64,000 bases of DNA from an uncultured Verrucomicrobiae bacterium (GCA_963702845.1 OY969763.1:480001-544000), one strand, 5' to 3'; shown: positions 28,369 through 37,866, counted from the stretch's first letter. Made by a program: numbers and translations. Notes: a model not told the origin generated them from the sequence alone.

Positions 28369-29844
28369 GTGTCAGAAAAACTGCCTTCAGCCGATAAAAC
28401 CTTCTGGAAAGCAGTTTCCATCGCCGCCTTCTCCAATGCGTTCAGTGATGAGCGTCGCAAACTCGACGACAAAATCATCGGCCCTTTCACGGGCTCGGAA
28501 ATCGAACGCGTTACCGCCTTGAAAGAAATCCTCGCTGCAAAAGCGCTGACGCTCGATGTTCGCGGGTTGGGCAGTTTCCAAAAATTCTCCGACGAAGACC
28601 GCGAAATCACGCGAATCGGTTTTCTTTTCGAGGTCTTTCATCGCTACTGCCTCGATTTCGATCAATTGATCGAGACCCAATCGCGCGCCGGAAGTTCAAG
28701 CTGCGCCGTTCCATTCGCCCAGGAAGCTTTGGCGCATCTCACCCGCCGCGGATTCACGCCCCAGGATGCCGTTCGGTTCTTCGGCATCTTCTACCAACTC
28801 CGCCGCGCTTACTTTTTCATTTTTCACGGGCTGATTGGCCAAAGCCCGTGCATGAAACAATTGCGTGCGCATTTGTGGAACAACGTCTTTACCTCAGACA
28901 TCCGCTGGTATGACCGCTACCTCTGGAACCGCATGGAAGACTTTTCCACGCTGCTGTTGGGTGAAACAGGAACAGGCAAAGGTGCGGCCGCCGCCGCTAT
29001 CGGACGCTCTGGCTTCATTCCATTTAACCCGGACCAGAATCGATTCGCCGAAAGCTTCACTGCAAATTTCATATCGCTCAACCTCTCGCAATTTCCCGAA
29101 ACCCTCATCGAATCCGAATTGTTCGGTCACAAAAAAGGCGCGTTCACCGGCGCAATTGAAAACCATCAGGGCGCCTTCGCCCGCTGCAGCCCTCATGGCG
29201 CGATTTTTCTGGACGAAATCGGCGACGTCTCAACTCCGATCCAAATCAAGCTCCTTCAGGTATTGCAAGAACGCTCCTTCTCGCCGGTCGGCAGTCATGT
29301 CGCGCTCCGTTTTCGCGGGCGCGTCATCGCGGCCACCAATCAGCCGCTTGACCGCTTGCGTCGGGAAAAAACTTTTCGTGACGATTTCTTTTACCGGCTT
29401 TGCTCGGATTCAATTGTCCTGCCAGCTTTGCGCCAGCGCTTGAGCGAAATGCCGGAGGAACTGGATCTGCTCCTCGAGCACATCGTCGAGCGCATGATCG
29501 GCGACAAAGCCTCGGAACTGACCACGAACGTCCGCGATCGCTTGCTGGCCTCGGTCGGTCCGGACTACCACTGGCCCGGCAACGTCCGCGAATTGGAACA
29601 AGCCATCCGCCAAATCTTCCTGACACAACGTTACCAACGCGATGATGCAGGCGTTGTTCGCGATTCACGCGGCGAACTCCTGGCCGCAATCGACGAGGGC
29701 AATCAGGCCGCCGAATGGCTCCTGTCAAAATATTGCCAGATCCTTTACCAGCGCCACGGCACCTACCGCGAAGTCGCACAAATCACCAAACTCGACGTGC
29801 GCACCGTGAAAAAATATTTGAGCGTTTGCTCTGCCCAGGCATAG
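28369..29844 (+). CDS. Sigma54-dependent transcriptional activator (bEBP) with unrecognised N-terminal domain
   Basis: Walker A GETGTGK, ESELFGHKKGAFTGA, FLDEIG, FRDDFFYRL, WPGNVREL and a C-terminal HTH. Confidence 0.93.
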   Translation: MSEKLPSADKTFWKAVSIAAFSNAFSDERRKLDDKIIGPFTGSEIERVTALKEILAAKALTLDVRGLGSFQKFSDEDREITRIGFLFEVFHRYCLDFDQLIETQSRAGSSSCAVPFAQEALAHLTRRGFTPQDAVRFFGIFYQLRRAYFFIFHGLIGQSPCMKQLRAHLWNNVFTSDIRWYDRYLWNRMEDFSTLLLGETGTGKGAAAAAIGRSGFIPFNPDQNRFAESFTANFISLNLSQFPETLIESELFGHKKGAFTGAIENHQGAFARCSPHGAIFLDEIGDVSTPIQIKLLQVLQERSFSPVGSHVALRFRGRVIAATNQPLDRLRREKTFRDDFFYRLCSDSIVLPALRQRLSEMPEELDLLLEHIVERMIGDKASELTTNVRDRLLASVGPDYHWPGNVRELEQAIRQIFLTQRYQRDDAGVVRDSRGELLAAIDEGNQAAEWLLSKYCQILYQRHGTYREVAQITKLDVRTVKKYLSVCSAQA

Positions 29845-30094
29845 CTCCCACCGCTAAACGATGTGACGCGCGGGCCCCATGGCTCACGACGCTCTGGCAT
29901 TTGCGAACCCGCTGACTCGTGTGACACTCCGCGAAGTAAAACAAAAGCGTCGGGTTAGCTTACAAAAAATGCGCGAATGACGGATTGTCTTACACAATTC
30001 TCTAACGAATTTTGGCAGACTAAACTGTATTACAGGTTTTAAACGCCTTCCTGATAAACGCTTGACAGGCTGTTGAAGAAATTTACCAAGCGGT

Positions 30095-30109
30095 TGGCAT
30101 GGCATACGC
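30095..30109 (+). promoter_or_regulatory. Candidate sigma54 -24/-12 promoter
   Basis: TGGCAT-GGCAT-ACGC with exact GG-N10-GC spacing, about 100 nt upstream of the VPDSG-CTERM gene. Confidence 0.55.
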
Positions 30110-30209
30110 TGATAAATAGGTCCCCCAAGGAAGCAACCGTATCGAAGATCGATACGAACCAGGAATAGAGTAACAAACGATCCCGTTAATTCAAAAATAT
30201 AATCAAACT

Positions 30210-30374
30210 ATGAAACTCCTGAAATTCGCAGTGATCGCCATGGCCTTATTGGTCACCGTCAATAGCGCTTTTGCCGGCGCCGTCCATGTGCCCGATACCG
30301 CATCGACTTCGTCTTTGCTCGGCATAGGCTTGGTCGGTCTGGCTAGCCTTAGAGCATACCTTAGCAGGAAATAG
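30210..30374 (+). CDS. 54-aa VPDSG-CTERM (exosortase target) mini-protein, absent from the ORF track
   Basis: Manual translation: MKLLKFAVIAMALLVTVNSAFA-GAVH-VPDTASTSSLLGIGLVGLASLRAYLSRK*. Confidence 0.85.
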   Translation: MKLLKFAVIAMALLVTVNSAFAGAVHVPDTASTSSLLGIGLVGLASLRAYLSRK

Positions 30375-30399
30375 AACATTCCTTGTTGTAATTCACAGG

Positions 30400-30438
30400 C
30401 TGGTGGGCGTAGCAACTTCTTTGCCCGCCCACCAGTTT
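30400..30438 (+). terminator. Probable intrinsic terminator
   Basis: ctggtgggcg...cgcccaccag followed by ttt. Confidence 0.6.
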
Positions 30439-30655
30439 CATGCCATCTATCATTTTGGCTAGTTATTGCCTTTGATAGCTTTCCGTTTGGCCGCTTCTAA
30501 TTGCTGCATTGCGTTTAAAGGCCCGTCGAGAGAGAGAGATTCGGACTGGAAAATGTGCCGGGACCAAAAATCGCAGGATTCATCGGCTCGTTCCGCGTCA
30601 GTTCCAAAAAAGCAAATCCCTTTGACCATTGGCGCGGTGTTGAACACGATGCGGC

Positions 30656-31876
30656 GTGGCACGAACCCAACTTGTCCTCGGTTTAACTTTTCTTTTCGTT
30701 TCAACTGTCCTTGCCGATGACTGGCCGCAATTGCTTGGCCCTGGGCGCAACGGAATCTGGCACGGTCCCGCCATCCGCAGTGATTGGGACGCGCGCCCGC
30801 CCAAAACTCTTTGGCGCAAGAAAACAGGCTTAGGCTATAGCTGCCCCGTCGTTGCTCGCGGAAAAATTATCCTCTTCCATCGCATTGCCGCAGAAGAAGT
30901 CGTCGAGTGCCTCGATCGCGACAGGGGCAACACCGTTTGGAAATTCGCCTATCCAACAAAGTTTCGTGACGGCACACACATTGATGACGGCCCAAGGGCC
31001 ACACCTGCAATCGACGGCGACCACGTTTACAGCTACGGCGCGGAAGGATGGCTGCATTGCCTCGACTTAAATACTGGCAAAAAGATCTGGGGCTTCGATG
31101 CCAAGACGAAATTCAAGGCGGACCGCCGTTGGCATGGAATGATTTCCTCGCCGCTCATCGAAGGTAACGCGCTGCTTCTCAACATCGGTTCCACCAACGC
31201 CGCTGGTATTGTCGCATTCAACAAGAACGACGGCTCGACGCTATGGACCTCCACAAGTGACAAGTTCACTGGCTCATCGCCGGTCTGCGCCAATATCGAA
31301 GGCAAACGCAGCGCGGTGTTTGTCACCTCCGGTTTTCTGGTCGGTGTCGATCCCGCCAATGGCAAAGAGCAATTTCGCACGCGCTGGGGCTCAACAGCCT
31401 TTACCGCAGTCATGGCTTCATCACCGGTGATTGTGTCCAACTCCATTTTCGTTTCCGCCTTTTACGGCGTTGGCGGAACATTGTTCAAGATCAATCACGG
31501 TTCTGCCACCAAAGTCTGGAGTTCCTCGGAACTGTCCACACATTACCAAACCGCCCTCTACAAGGATGGTTACCTCTATGCATCCGATGGGCACCAGTCC
31601 GAACAATCAACTTTGCGTTGCGTTGAACTGGCTACGGGCAAAGTGCAATGGAGCAACGATGAACTAGGTGCATCCAATCAGGTGCTCGTCAACGACGACC
31701 TCCTCCTGCTGACCCAGCGCGGCGAACTCATTCTCGCGTCGGCATCGCCGAAAGGAGTGAAAATCAAAGCGCGCACGCATATTCTTTCCGGCTTGGTTCG
31801 CGCCTATCCCGCAGTGACCGATGGCTTTCTTGTCGGACGCAGTCAGGGTGAGATAGTTTGTGTCGATTTACGGTAG
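30656..31876 (+). CDS. Exported PQQ-binding-like (BamB-type) beta-propeller protein
   Basis: ADDWPQLLGPGRNG, GYSCPVV, GPRATPAI and repeated LxCLDxxTGKxxW. Confidence 0.88.
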   Translation: MARTQLVLGLTFLFVSTVLADDWPQLLGPGRNGIWHGPAIRSDWDARPPKTLWRKKTGLGYSCPVVARGKIILFHRIAAEEVVECLDRDRGNTVWKFAYPTKFRDGTHIDDGPRATPAIDGDHVYSYGAEGWLHCLDLNTGKKIWGFDAKTKFKADRRWHGMISSPLIEGNALLLNIGSTNAAGIVAFNKNDGSTLWTSTSDKFTGSSPVCANIEGKRSAVFVTSGFLVGVDPANGKEQFRTRWGSTAFTAVMASSPVIVSNSIFVSAFYGVGGTLFKINHGSATKVWSSSELSTHYQTALYKDGYLYASDGHQSEQSTLRCVELATGKVQWSNDELGASNQVLVNDDLLLLTQRGELILASASPKGVKIKARTHILSGLVRAYPAVTDGFLVGRSQGEIVCVDLR

Positions 31877-31934
31877 GGTCGTCCCATTTGTAGTCCGCTT
31901 CATGCGCCGTAACCTCGTTTCGATCCCGTACAAA

Positions 31935-33196
31935 CTACGGCAGTTTCAGGCGGAAAAAGCTCGGCGAATTTGTCGTTGGCAGGGTGACGCTCAACGTGCC
32001 GGAAGTCGCCGTGGCGGCGTTGGTCACATTATTCCAGGAAATCGGCGAGGTCAGATTGCTGGCCGATTGCAGAACAAAACCTGAGCCTGTCGCTTCCGGC
32101 CATGACAACGTCAAACTGTTGCCGGAAACGCTGGCCTGCATTGAAGGCGACGAGATATCACTGACAACCAGATTATCAAAGAGTGAAAACAACAGGGAAG
32201 GGTGCCGGGTTGTGGAGGTGTTCACGTCAGAATCCCCAAGTGCGATGTTGTTGCCGCCCAGGGTCCCTATTGCACTGGTATCCACGGTCGCAATCGCCGT
32301 GTTGTCGATAGTCCATTTCACAATGGTGTCAATTTTGTAGATATCCACCCTGTGCCATGCAAATCCAAACGCGCCAATCTGCGTCGAGCCGGCCTGAGTG
32401 TTGGCCGCGTCACTGCCAAATTCGGCGGTGGACAAAATTTGTTGAATGGCTGGCGCAGTGTGAGGGGCCAGCGAAGGCATCGCTTGATAATAAAGGTTAG
32501 CATTGGCCAGTGGAGTGTTGTTATTGCTGTCGTTAGCAGTGCCAGCCGCGTAAAAGCCTGAAGCCGCCGCGGAGATGGTTCCAGATTTTGGATAGACACG
32601 GTAATCAGAGGTAATCCCACCATCACCGGTCGTAGCGAAACCGATGCCGTCCATCGTCGCGCCGGTGACCGCGCCGGTGTTGCCGACGACCATCGGAACC
32701 GTGCCCGATGTGCCCACCGCAAAAAGGATATTGTGTGTGCCTCCTTCAGAATTTGCATTGTCGGCCAGACCGGAAGCGTTTGCCGCACCGTTAAAGTTTA
32801 CCCAGGCATAAAACGACAAATGATAAGAAGTGCCGAAATCTTTACCAGTGGGGGACAGAGACAATCCAGACGTGACACCTGCGGGCCGTGTCGTTACTGG
32901 AGCTGCCGCGCCGCCGGGTATGTTCGAGCGCAGACGGAGGCCGAGCGTATCACTGATACCGGGGCTGCTGGAATCCCCAAGGCCGAATAGTCAAAAGCAA
33001 ATGTCGCTTCTTGCAGGGAGGCATTCGCTGCGGGGGCAACATTCACGGACCAGAGATTACCGCTATTAACAGTATTGAAATCATCGCTGAAAAGAACCGC
33101 CGCCGATGCATCGACCGGCGCGCAAAAAAGCGATGCAGCAATTGCTGACACCGTGCCTGCCAAAGGAAGTGATTTGAAGAAGGATTTCGGTTTCAT
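31935..33196 (-). pseudogene. Secreted protein with verrucomicrobial C-terminal module, split by a 1-nt frameshift at ~32961-32964 (possibly a sequencing error)
   Basis: The signal-peptide ORF 33196-32894 joins ORF 32864-31935 if one G is added to the G4 run, giving FDYSALGIPAAP-GISDTLGLRLRSN...GLSLSP. Tail LTLSWP...FVLQSASNL...W...FFRL. Confidence 0.75.
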
Positions 33197-33389
33197 AGAT
33201 AGATGTTGCGAATGGTTTTTTTTGCGAACTGGCTCGATTGGTTATATGGCAATTTTTCATAAAATACAACGGAATTCTCTAAACACTTTGCTCATGCGAA
33301 GTTTGCACGAAGTAGTGGTCAACAGTCGTTGACAAAGTAGCAACTTAATTGGTGAAAAGAGATCGATTGATAAAATTGCAATCCCAACC

Positions 33390-33698
33390 TCAACCCACAG
33401 CGCCCGCCGCGAAGAAAAACGGTTTCCCTCTCGATTCCGGATCCCATCCCGCATCCATCGCATTTTGAATGCATTCAATCATCCGGCGATTTGATGCCTG
33501 GAAACGTTGTTGCTGCGGCATTTCTCCGTGACGTGTAGCAGCAATTGCAAATTGCAAAATCAATTCGCGTCGGCTCCGTTCCGTTGGTTTTACCAATATG
33601 GCCCATCCCAATAGAACGCCGTCCCCGGTCCATCTCGGCTGGCGATGGACGCTCCATTCAAATTCATCTTTTCCGACTGTGACAGTGCCGTTTTTCAT
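33390..33698 (-). CDS. Small hypothetical protein
   Basis: GGAG RBS before ATG 33698. Protein-like composition ending CIQNAMDAGWDPESRGKPF. Confidence 0.6.
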   Translation of the reverse strand: MKNGTVTVGKDEFEWSVHRQPRWTGDGVLLGWAILVKPTERSRRELILQFAIAATRHGEMPQQQRFQASNRRMIECIQNAMDAGWDPESRGKPFFFAAGAVG

Positions 33699-33805
33699 TT
33701 CGTATCTCCCTGCCATAAATACCTCAGCCCCCACATACTTCAACTCTAACAGCTTGTTTTGCCTTGGGGTGGGGTGACCCCGTCGAAGGAAGTAACGGCG
33801 AACCA

Positions 33806-34036
33806 CGGAAATTTTAAATTTGGTTACCGTTGGTTACCGTTGCTTACTGAAAACGTTAAACGAGTTAACGACGGGTTTTGCGGAAAATTTAAATGAGGTG
33901 CCAATAGGTCCCAATGACTGCCAACAGGTGCCACTGCCTTCGGTCGAGAGTTGAGTAGTGAGGGTTGAGGGAATGGAAAAGATATTTGTTTTAAGACGAT
34001 ACTAACCGGTACAACTCGATACCAACCGGTATCTAT
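33806..34036. repeat. Three degenerate 10-bp tandem arrays with AT-rich leaders, plus a 7-bp array
   Basis: tggttaccgt x3 (33821), aggtgccaat x4 (33896), cg(a/g)ta-type decamer x4 (33997) and gagagtt-type x4 (33946). Confidence 0.8.
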
Positions 34037-34449
34037 GGGGGCTTAAGGCTGGAGGTTGAATGATGAATTGAACCTGGGCACACCGCTGGCGACCGTCTTC
34101 GCACGGCTACGGCGTGACTGGCGATTTTGATTTGCGTTTGTGGTTTGGCGAGCCACCGACGCTGCGTCGGGGCTACCTGTGGTCGTTTCATGGGCGGCCT
34201 TTTTGTTCATTTTAATCGTTTCGCACGGCAACAAAACGTGCCGGTCTCTTAAGATTGTGACATACAGTCGCGGCCTGTCAAGTAGCTTCCTGATTCCATG
34301 TGTAAATACGCCTTCCTTGAACACATCACACTTTCGGCTCGTGCATCGCCGATAGCAAATGGCAGAACGGCGCGAGCCCTACCAAGTGAGAGTTACGATC
34401 ATTTGAATCATTTCCCAATGCGCTTGGAATGAGGCAGATTCCTTGAGAT

Positions 34450-35262
34450 ATGAGCGACGCTGACAGCGGCACGGTGAAGGGTGAAATAAACGAAGGAGAA
34501 TTTGTGCGGCAGGAGGATGCCTTTCGCGATTGGATCGGACCCAATCTTTTGCCGGCCACAGCCAACCGCTATCATCTCTACGTCTCAGTGGCGTGCCCGT
34601 GGGCGAGCCGATGTGTCATCGTGCGACGGTGGCTTGGGCTGGAGCAGGTCATCGGCCTGACGGTCGTCGATCCTATTCGCGACGGCCGAGGCTGGGCTTT
34701 TCGAGAAGGGCCGGGATCGGAAAAAGATCCCATCAACGACTTTCAGTTCCTCCGCGAAGCCTATTTTGCGACCGACCCGAACTTTGACGGACGCGTCACT
34801 GTTCCGGTGTTGTGGGACATCGAGCAAAAGCGCATCGTCAATAATTCCGAGGACGACATCTGCCGCATGTTCAACGATGCGTTTCGCGAATTCAGCAACG
34901 AGCGCAATCTATTTCCTGCAGACATCGAACAAGACCACAAAGCCCTCTCCGAAAGAATTTACAACAACGTCAACAACGGCGTTTACAAAGCCGGGTTCGC
35001 CGATCATCAGGCCGTTTACGAACGTGAATGCCGAAGGTGCAACGTGCGCCGAATCAGCGACTATGCGAATCTGCACCGCTATGTGCTCGACCTTTACAAT
35101 CAGCCGGGCATCGCTGAAACCGTGAACTTCGATCACATCAAAAGGCATTTCACGCACGATGACATCAATCCGACGCGCATCGTGCCGATCGGGCCGGCTT
35201 TCGATCTCGTTCTTGATGAAGCTGCCGCCGAAAGGATCGGCTCGGCAGCGGGCGCATCCTAA
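34450..35262 (+). pseudogene. yqjG: Glutathionyl-hydroquinone reductase (YqjG/GST-omega-like) with in-frame internal deletions
   Basis: ACPWA, TVPVLWD, IVNN, VNNGVYKAGFA and INPTRIVPIGP are present. The segment normally between YE... and C..RI (TEAD..L..TL.RFD.VY..HFK) is absent. Confidence 0.75.
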
Positions 35263-35284
35263 CAAAAACAAAACGGACGTCCGC

Positions 35285-36796
35285 TCAGGTGATGGCCTTC
35301 AGCCGAATGAAAAACGTGGTGCCCAGGCCCAGGTCGGATTCGACCCACACCGTGCCGCCCATAACTTCGACTGCTTTTTTCACTGTCGCCAATCCGAGGC
35401 CGGTGCCGGGATGTTCCTTGTCAGTGTGCAAGCGGTGGAACGCTTGAAAAACTTTTTCCCAGTTTTCCGACGCGATCCCGATGCCATTATCCGCAACCGA
35501 AAGTACGACGTCGCCTCCTTCGCGGAAAGAATCCACTTTCACGATCAAAGGAACATCGTGCCGCCTGTATCTGATCGCGTTTTGAAACAGATTGGTGAAG
35601 ATTTGAACCAACAACGTTGGCTCACCTGCTACCTCGGGAAGATTTTCAGCGATTTCGAGCCTGCCGCCGATTTCATCCAGACGCAGCTCAAAATCACCGC
35701 GAACCTGATGGACCACCTGCGCCACCGGCACGTCGCGCAGTGTCACGCCCGCGCGGCCGGTTCGCGAGTAACGCAGAACGTCTTCGATCAAACGCGACAT
35801 GCGTTCGCCGGATTGAAGAATATGCTCGACGAACTCTTCCCCCTCACCAGCAATGGCAGCGCCGTAGTCCTCTTTCAAAGCTTGCGCGAATCCACGAATA
35901 GCGTGCAACGGCGCTCGCAAATCATGCGAGACGGTATATGAAAAAGCTTCCAGTTCCTTGTTGCTCCGTTCGAGCTGTTTGGTGCGGGCCTTGACGCGAT
36001 CTTCCAATTCAGTGTTCAGCTCGCGCAGCTTTTCTTCGGTGTTTTTCAGCTTCGAAATATCCACACCGACGCCGATGACGCACCGTTTGCCATTAAAGAT
36101 GACCCGTTTGCCATTGATCCAAAAGGGAATGCGCTCCCCGGCTTTGGTGAGATATTCGACTTCCATCTCCTCGTAGCCGTCGGCTTTGATCAACCGTCTG
36201 CGGGCGGCGGCGATCGCATCCCGGTAATCGGGGGCAAGCAGCTCAATGCTCAACATTTCCGAAAAATCTTCGGCAGAATAACCGGATATCAGTTCGGCAT
36301 TTCGATTCCATCGGAGCATCTTGCCGCTTTCTTCAGTGACATAAAAAATTCCCGGCAGACACTCGATCAATGCGTTGGAAAAGTTCCGCTCCCGGAACAA
36401 AAGTTCCGTATAATCGACTTGCTCGGTGACATCGCGACAGTAGCCACCCCAATTACCGATGATTCCATTTTTTTCCAGAACCGGCACGCCTCGCACCGTC
36501 ATGTGCCGCCATTTTCCGTCCGCGCGACGAACGCGAAAGTCGGTCTCAAAAATCGAACCGGCTGCGACGGCTTGAGCCCACTGTTGTTCTACTCGTTCCC
36601 GCTCTTCCGGATGGACGGCATCCAGCCAGCCAGACCCAAGAATCTCTTCCAGTGTTTGGCCGGTAAACTCGCGCCAGGAAGGACAATCCTCGACGATGTC
36701 GCCCGCCGCGTCAGCCGTCCAAAGCACTTCGGTGGGGAAAAAGCGCGGGGAAAAGCGTCGCACCCTGACTGGTTCTTGTTCGAGGAGTGCCACCAT
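35285..36796 (-). CDS. Cytoplasmic PAS-PAS sensor histidine kinase
   Basis: Two PAS/PAC domains. LEAFSYTVSHDLRAPL H-box, NLFQNAIRY, DNGIG and GTGLGL. Confidence 0.92.
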   Translation of the reverse strand: MVALLEQEPVRVRRFSPRFFPTEVLWTADAAGDIVEDCPSWREFTGQTLEEILGSGWLDAVHPEERERVEQQWAQAVAAGSIFETDFRVRRADGKWRHMTVRGVPVLEKNGIIGNWGGYCRDVTEQVDYTELLFRERNFSNALIECLPGIFYVTEESGKMLRWNRNAELISGYSAEDFSEMLSIELLAPDYRDAIAAARRRLIKADGYEEMEVEYLTKAGERIPFWINGKRVIFNGKRCVIGVGVDISKLKNTEEKLRELNTELEDRVKARTKQLERSNKELEAFSYTVSHDLRAPLHAIRGFAQALKEDYGAAIAGEGEEFVEHILQSGERMSRLIEDVLRYSRTGRAGVTLRDVPVAQVVHQVRGDFELRLDEIGGRLEIAENLPEVAGEPTLLVQIFTNLFQNAIRYRRHDVPLIVKVDSFREGGDVVLSVADNGIGIASENWEKVFQAFHRLHTDKEHPGTGLGLATVKKAVEVMGGTVWVESDLGLGTTFFIRLKAIT

Positions 36797-36929
36797 AAAA
36801 ATCGTCCTCCTATAAAAACCTCATATAAAATCCATTCATCGTCAAACGCCCCAATCGGAACGCGATGGCCGGGTTCGGGGCCACCCATGGTTAGGTTAGG
36901 CAAGCCCTTCTTTGCCAGTGAACGTTCCG

Positions 36930-37139
36930 CTGGCTTCAGGGGCGCAATCCCTGGCTTCAGTGATGCCGTTGCTGGGCCCAGGAATGAAATCCTTGGGTTC
37001 AGGGATGTAATTCCTGTCCTCCGTAGCCAGATTCCTGGTCCCAGTAGCCAAATTCCTAAGGCCAGTGGCGCAATTCTTGGCCTCAGGAATGCCATTCCTG
37101 AGGGCAGGGACGGGATTCCTAGGCCCAGGAATCAAAATC
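36930..37139. repeat. Degenerate 21-bp tandem array (10 clear units, about 2 more upstream)
   Basis: Units such as ctggcttcaggggcgcaatcc / ctgggcccaggaatgaaatcc / ttggcctcaggaatgccattc. It encodes 7-aa repeats (GFRGAIP, GPRNEIL, GLRNAIP...). Confidence 0.85.
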
Positions 37140-37207
37140 CCGCCCGCCTGTTTTTCCCTGCGGTTGCCGTTACAACATCAACATAAACCACTAAAAACAA
37201 ACAACAT

Positions 37208-37312
37208 ATGCCTAGAAAAGACTTCATCCCCGAACCAGACGACGCCTTTCTGACGGCGCATGACCGTGACCACCCAAAGGCCTTCCGCGTCGGGGTTCCC
37301 TTTAGCATTTAG
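37208..37312 (+). pseudogene. Probable truncated gene start MPRKDFIPEPDDAFL...
   Basis: An A-rich leader then a protein-like N-terminus that ends after 34 codons inside heptamer repeats. Confidence 0.45.
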
Positions 37313-37328
37313 CCTTCAGCCTTTAGCC
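37301..37328. repeat. 7-bp tandem repeat x4
   Basis: tttagca tttagcc ttcagcc tttagcc. Confidence 0.8.
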
Positions 37329-37482
37329 TTTCCCCAAGCCCCCCGCCCTTTCCGCTGTCAAAAAAACGGGAGGAATCTTGATGCATGGCGGGTTGGTGAT
37401 TTACAGCCCCGCTGTTCGTGGATCTAAAATAGACGAACCCGGCCACCAAGATGGTTGCCGTGAAGATTAAAGAACCAAACAG

Positions 37483-37866
37483 ATGACTAAATTAAATCAC
37501 GCCCGGCCTATCGTCGCCTTTCTATTGGCGATTGCGATAGGCTGGGAGAGCGGACCCTTTATACGTTCGGGCGGATTTGGATCTTTAATGCTTTGGCTGA
37601 TCTGCGCTTGTGTTTGTCCAGCGATCGTATGTCTGGTCACAGATCGCTGGTATTATTTCTTGGCGCCATTGACCGCGCTGATTATGTGCGCTTCGGTCGA
37701 ATATCACAGCTATGTGTGGTATCAGGCGCATAGCGCTGATGATGCTTGGAAGAACTTTAAACTGAACTTGGACATCATCATCGGCATGGCGGTATTCTGC
37801 TTGGGAATCAGCTTAATGGTCGCCCTCGCGTTCCACATGCTGCGTAAGTCAAAGAGGTCGTTATAA
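37483..37866 (+). CDS. Hypothetical 4-TM membrane protein
   Basis: Four hydrophobic segments and a basic C-terminus. Lower GC than the flanks. Confidence 0.6.
   Translation: MTKLNHARPIVAFLLAIAIGWESGPFIRSGGFGSLMLWLICACVCPAIVCLVTDRWYYFLAPLTALIMCASVEYHSYVWYQAHSADDAWKNFKLNLDIIIGMAVFCLGISLMVALAFHMLRKSKRSL

Noticed and set aside
28328..28372. dif site (GTATGTCAAAT and CGCATAA half-matches)
   Set aside because: The XerC and XerD arms are not both present in the 11-6-11 arrangement. The sequence is better explained as promoter/UAS.
34043..34324. 93-aa minus-strand ORF beside the decamer arrays
   Set aside because: It is low complexity with no recognisable motif or clear initiation signal, so I cannot support it as a CDS.
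35159..35941. Long antisense/alternate-frame ORFs (also 4323-5012, 13954-14691, 23612-24391, 38964-39731, 42883-43632, 55871-56572 and others)
   Set aside because: They are shadows of well-supported genes in GC-rich DNA and carry no motifs.
36930..37139. CRISPR array
   Set aside because: The units are contiguous and degenerate with no repeat-spacer alternation, and there are no cas genes in the window.
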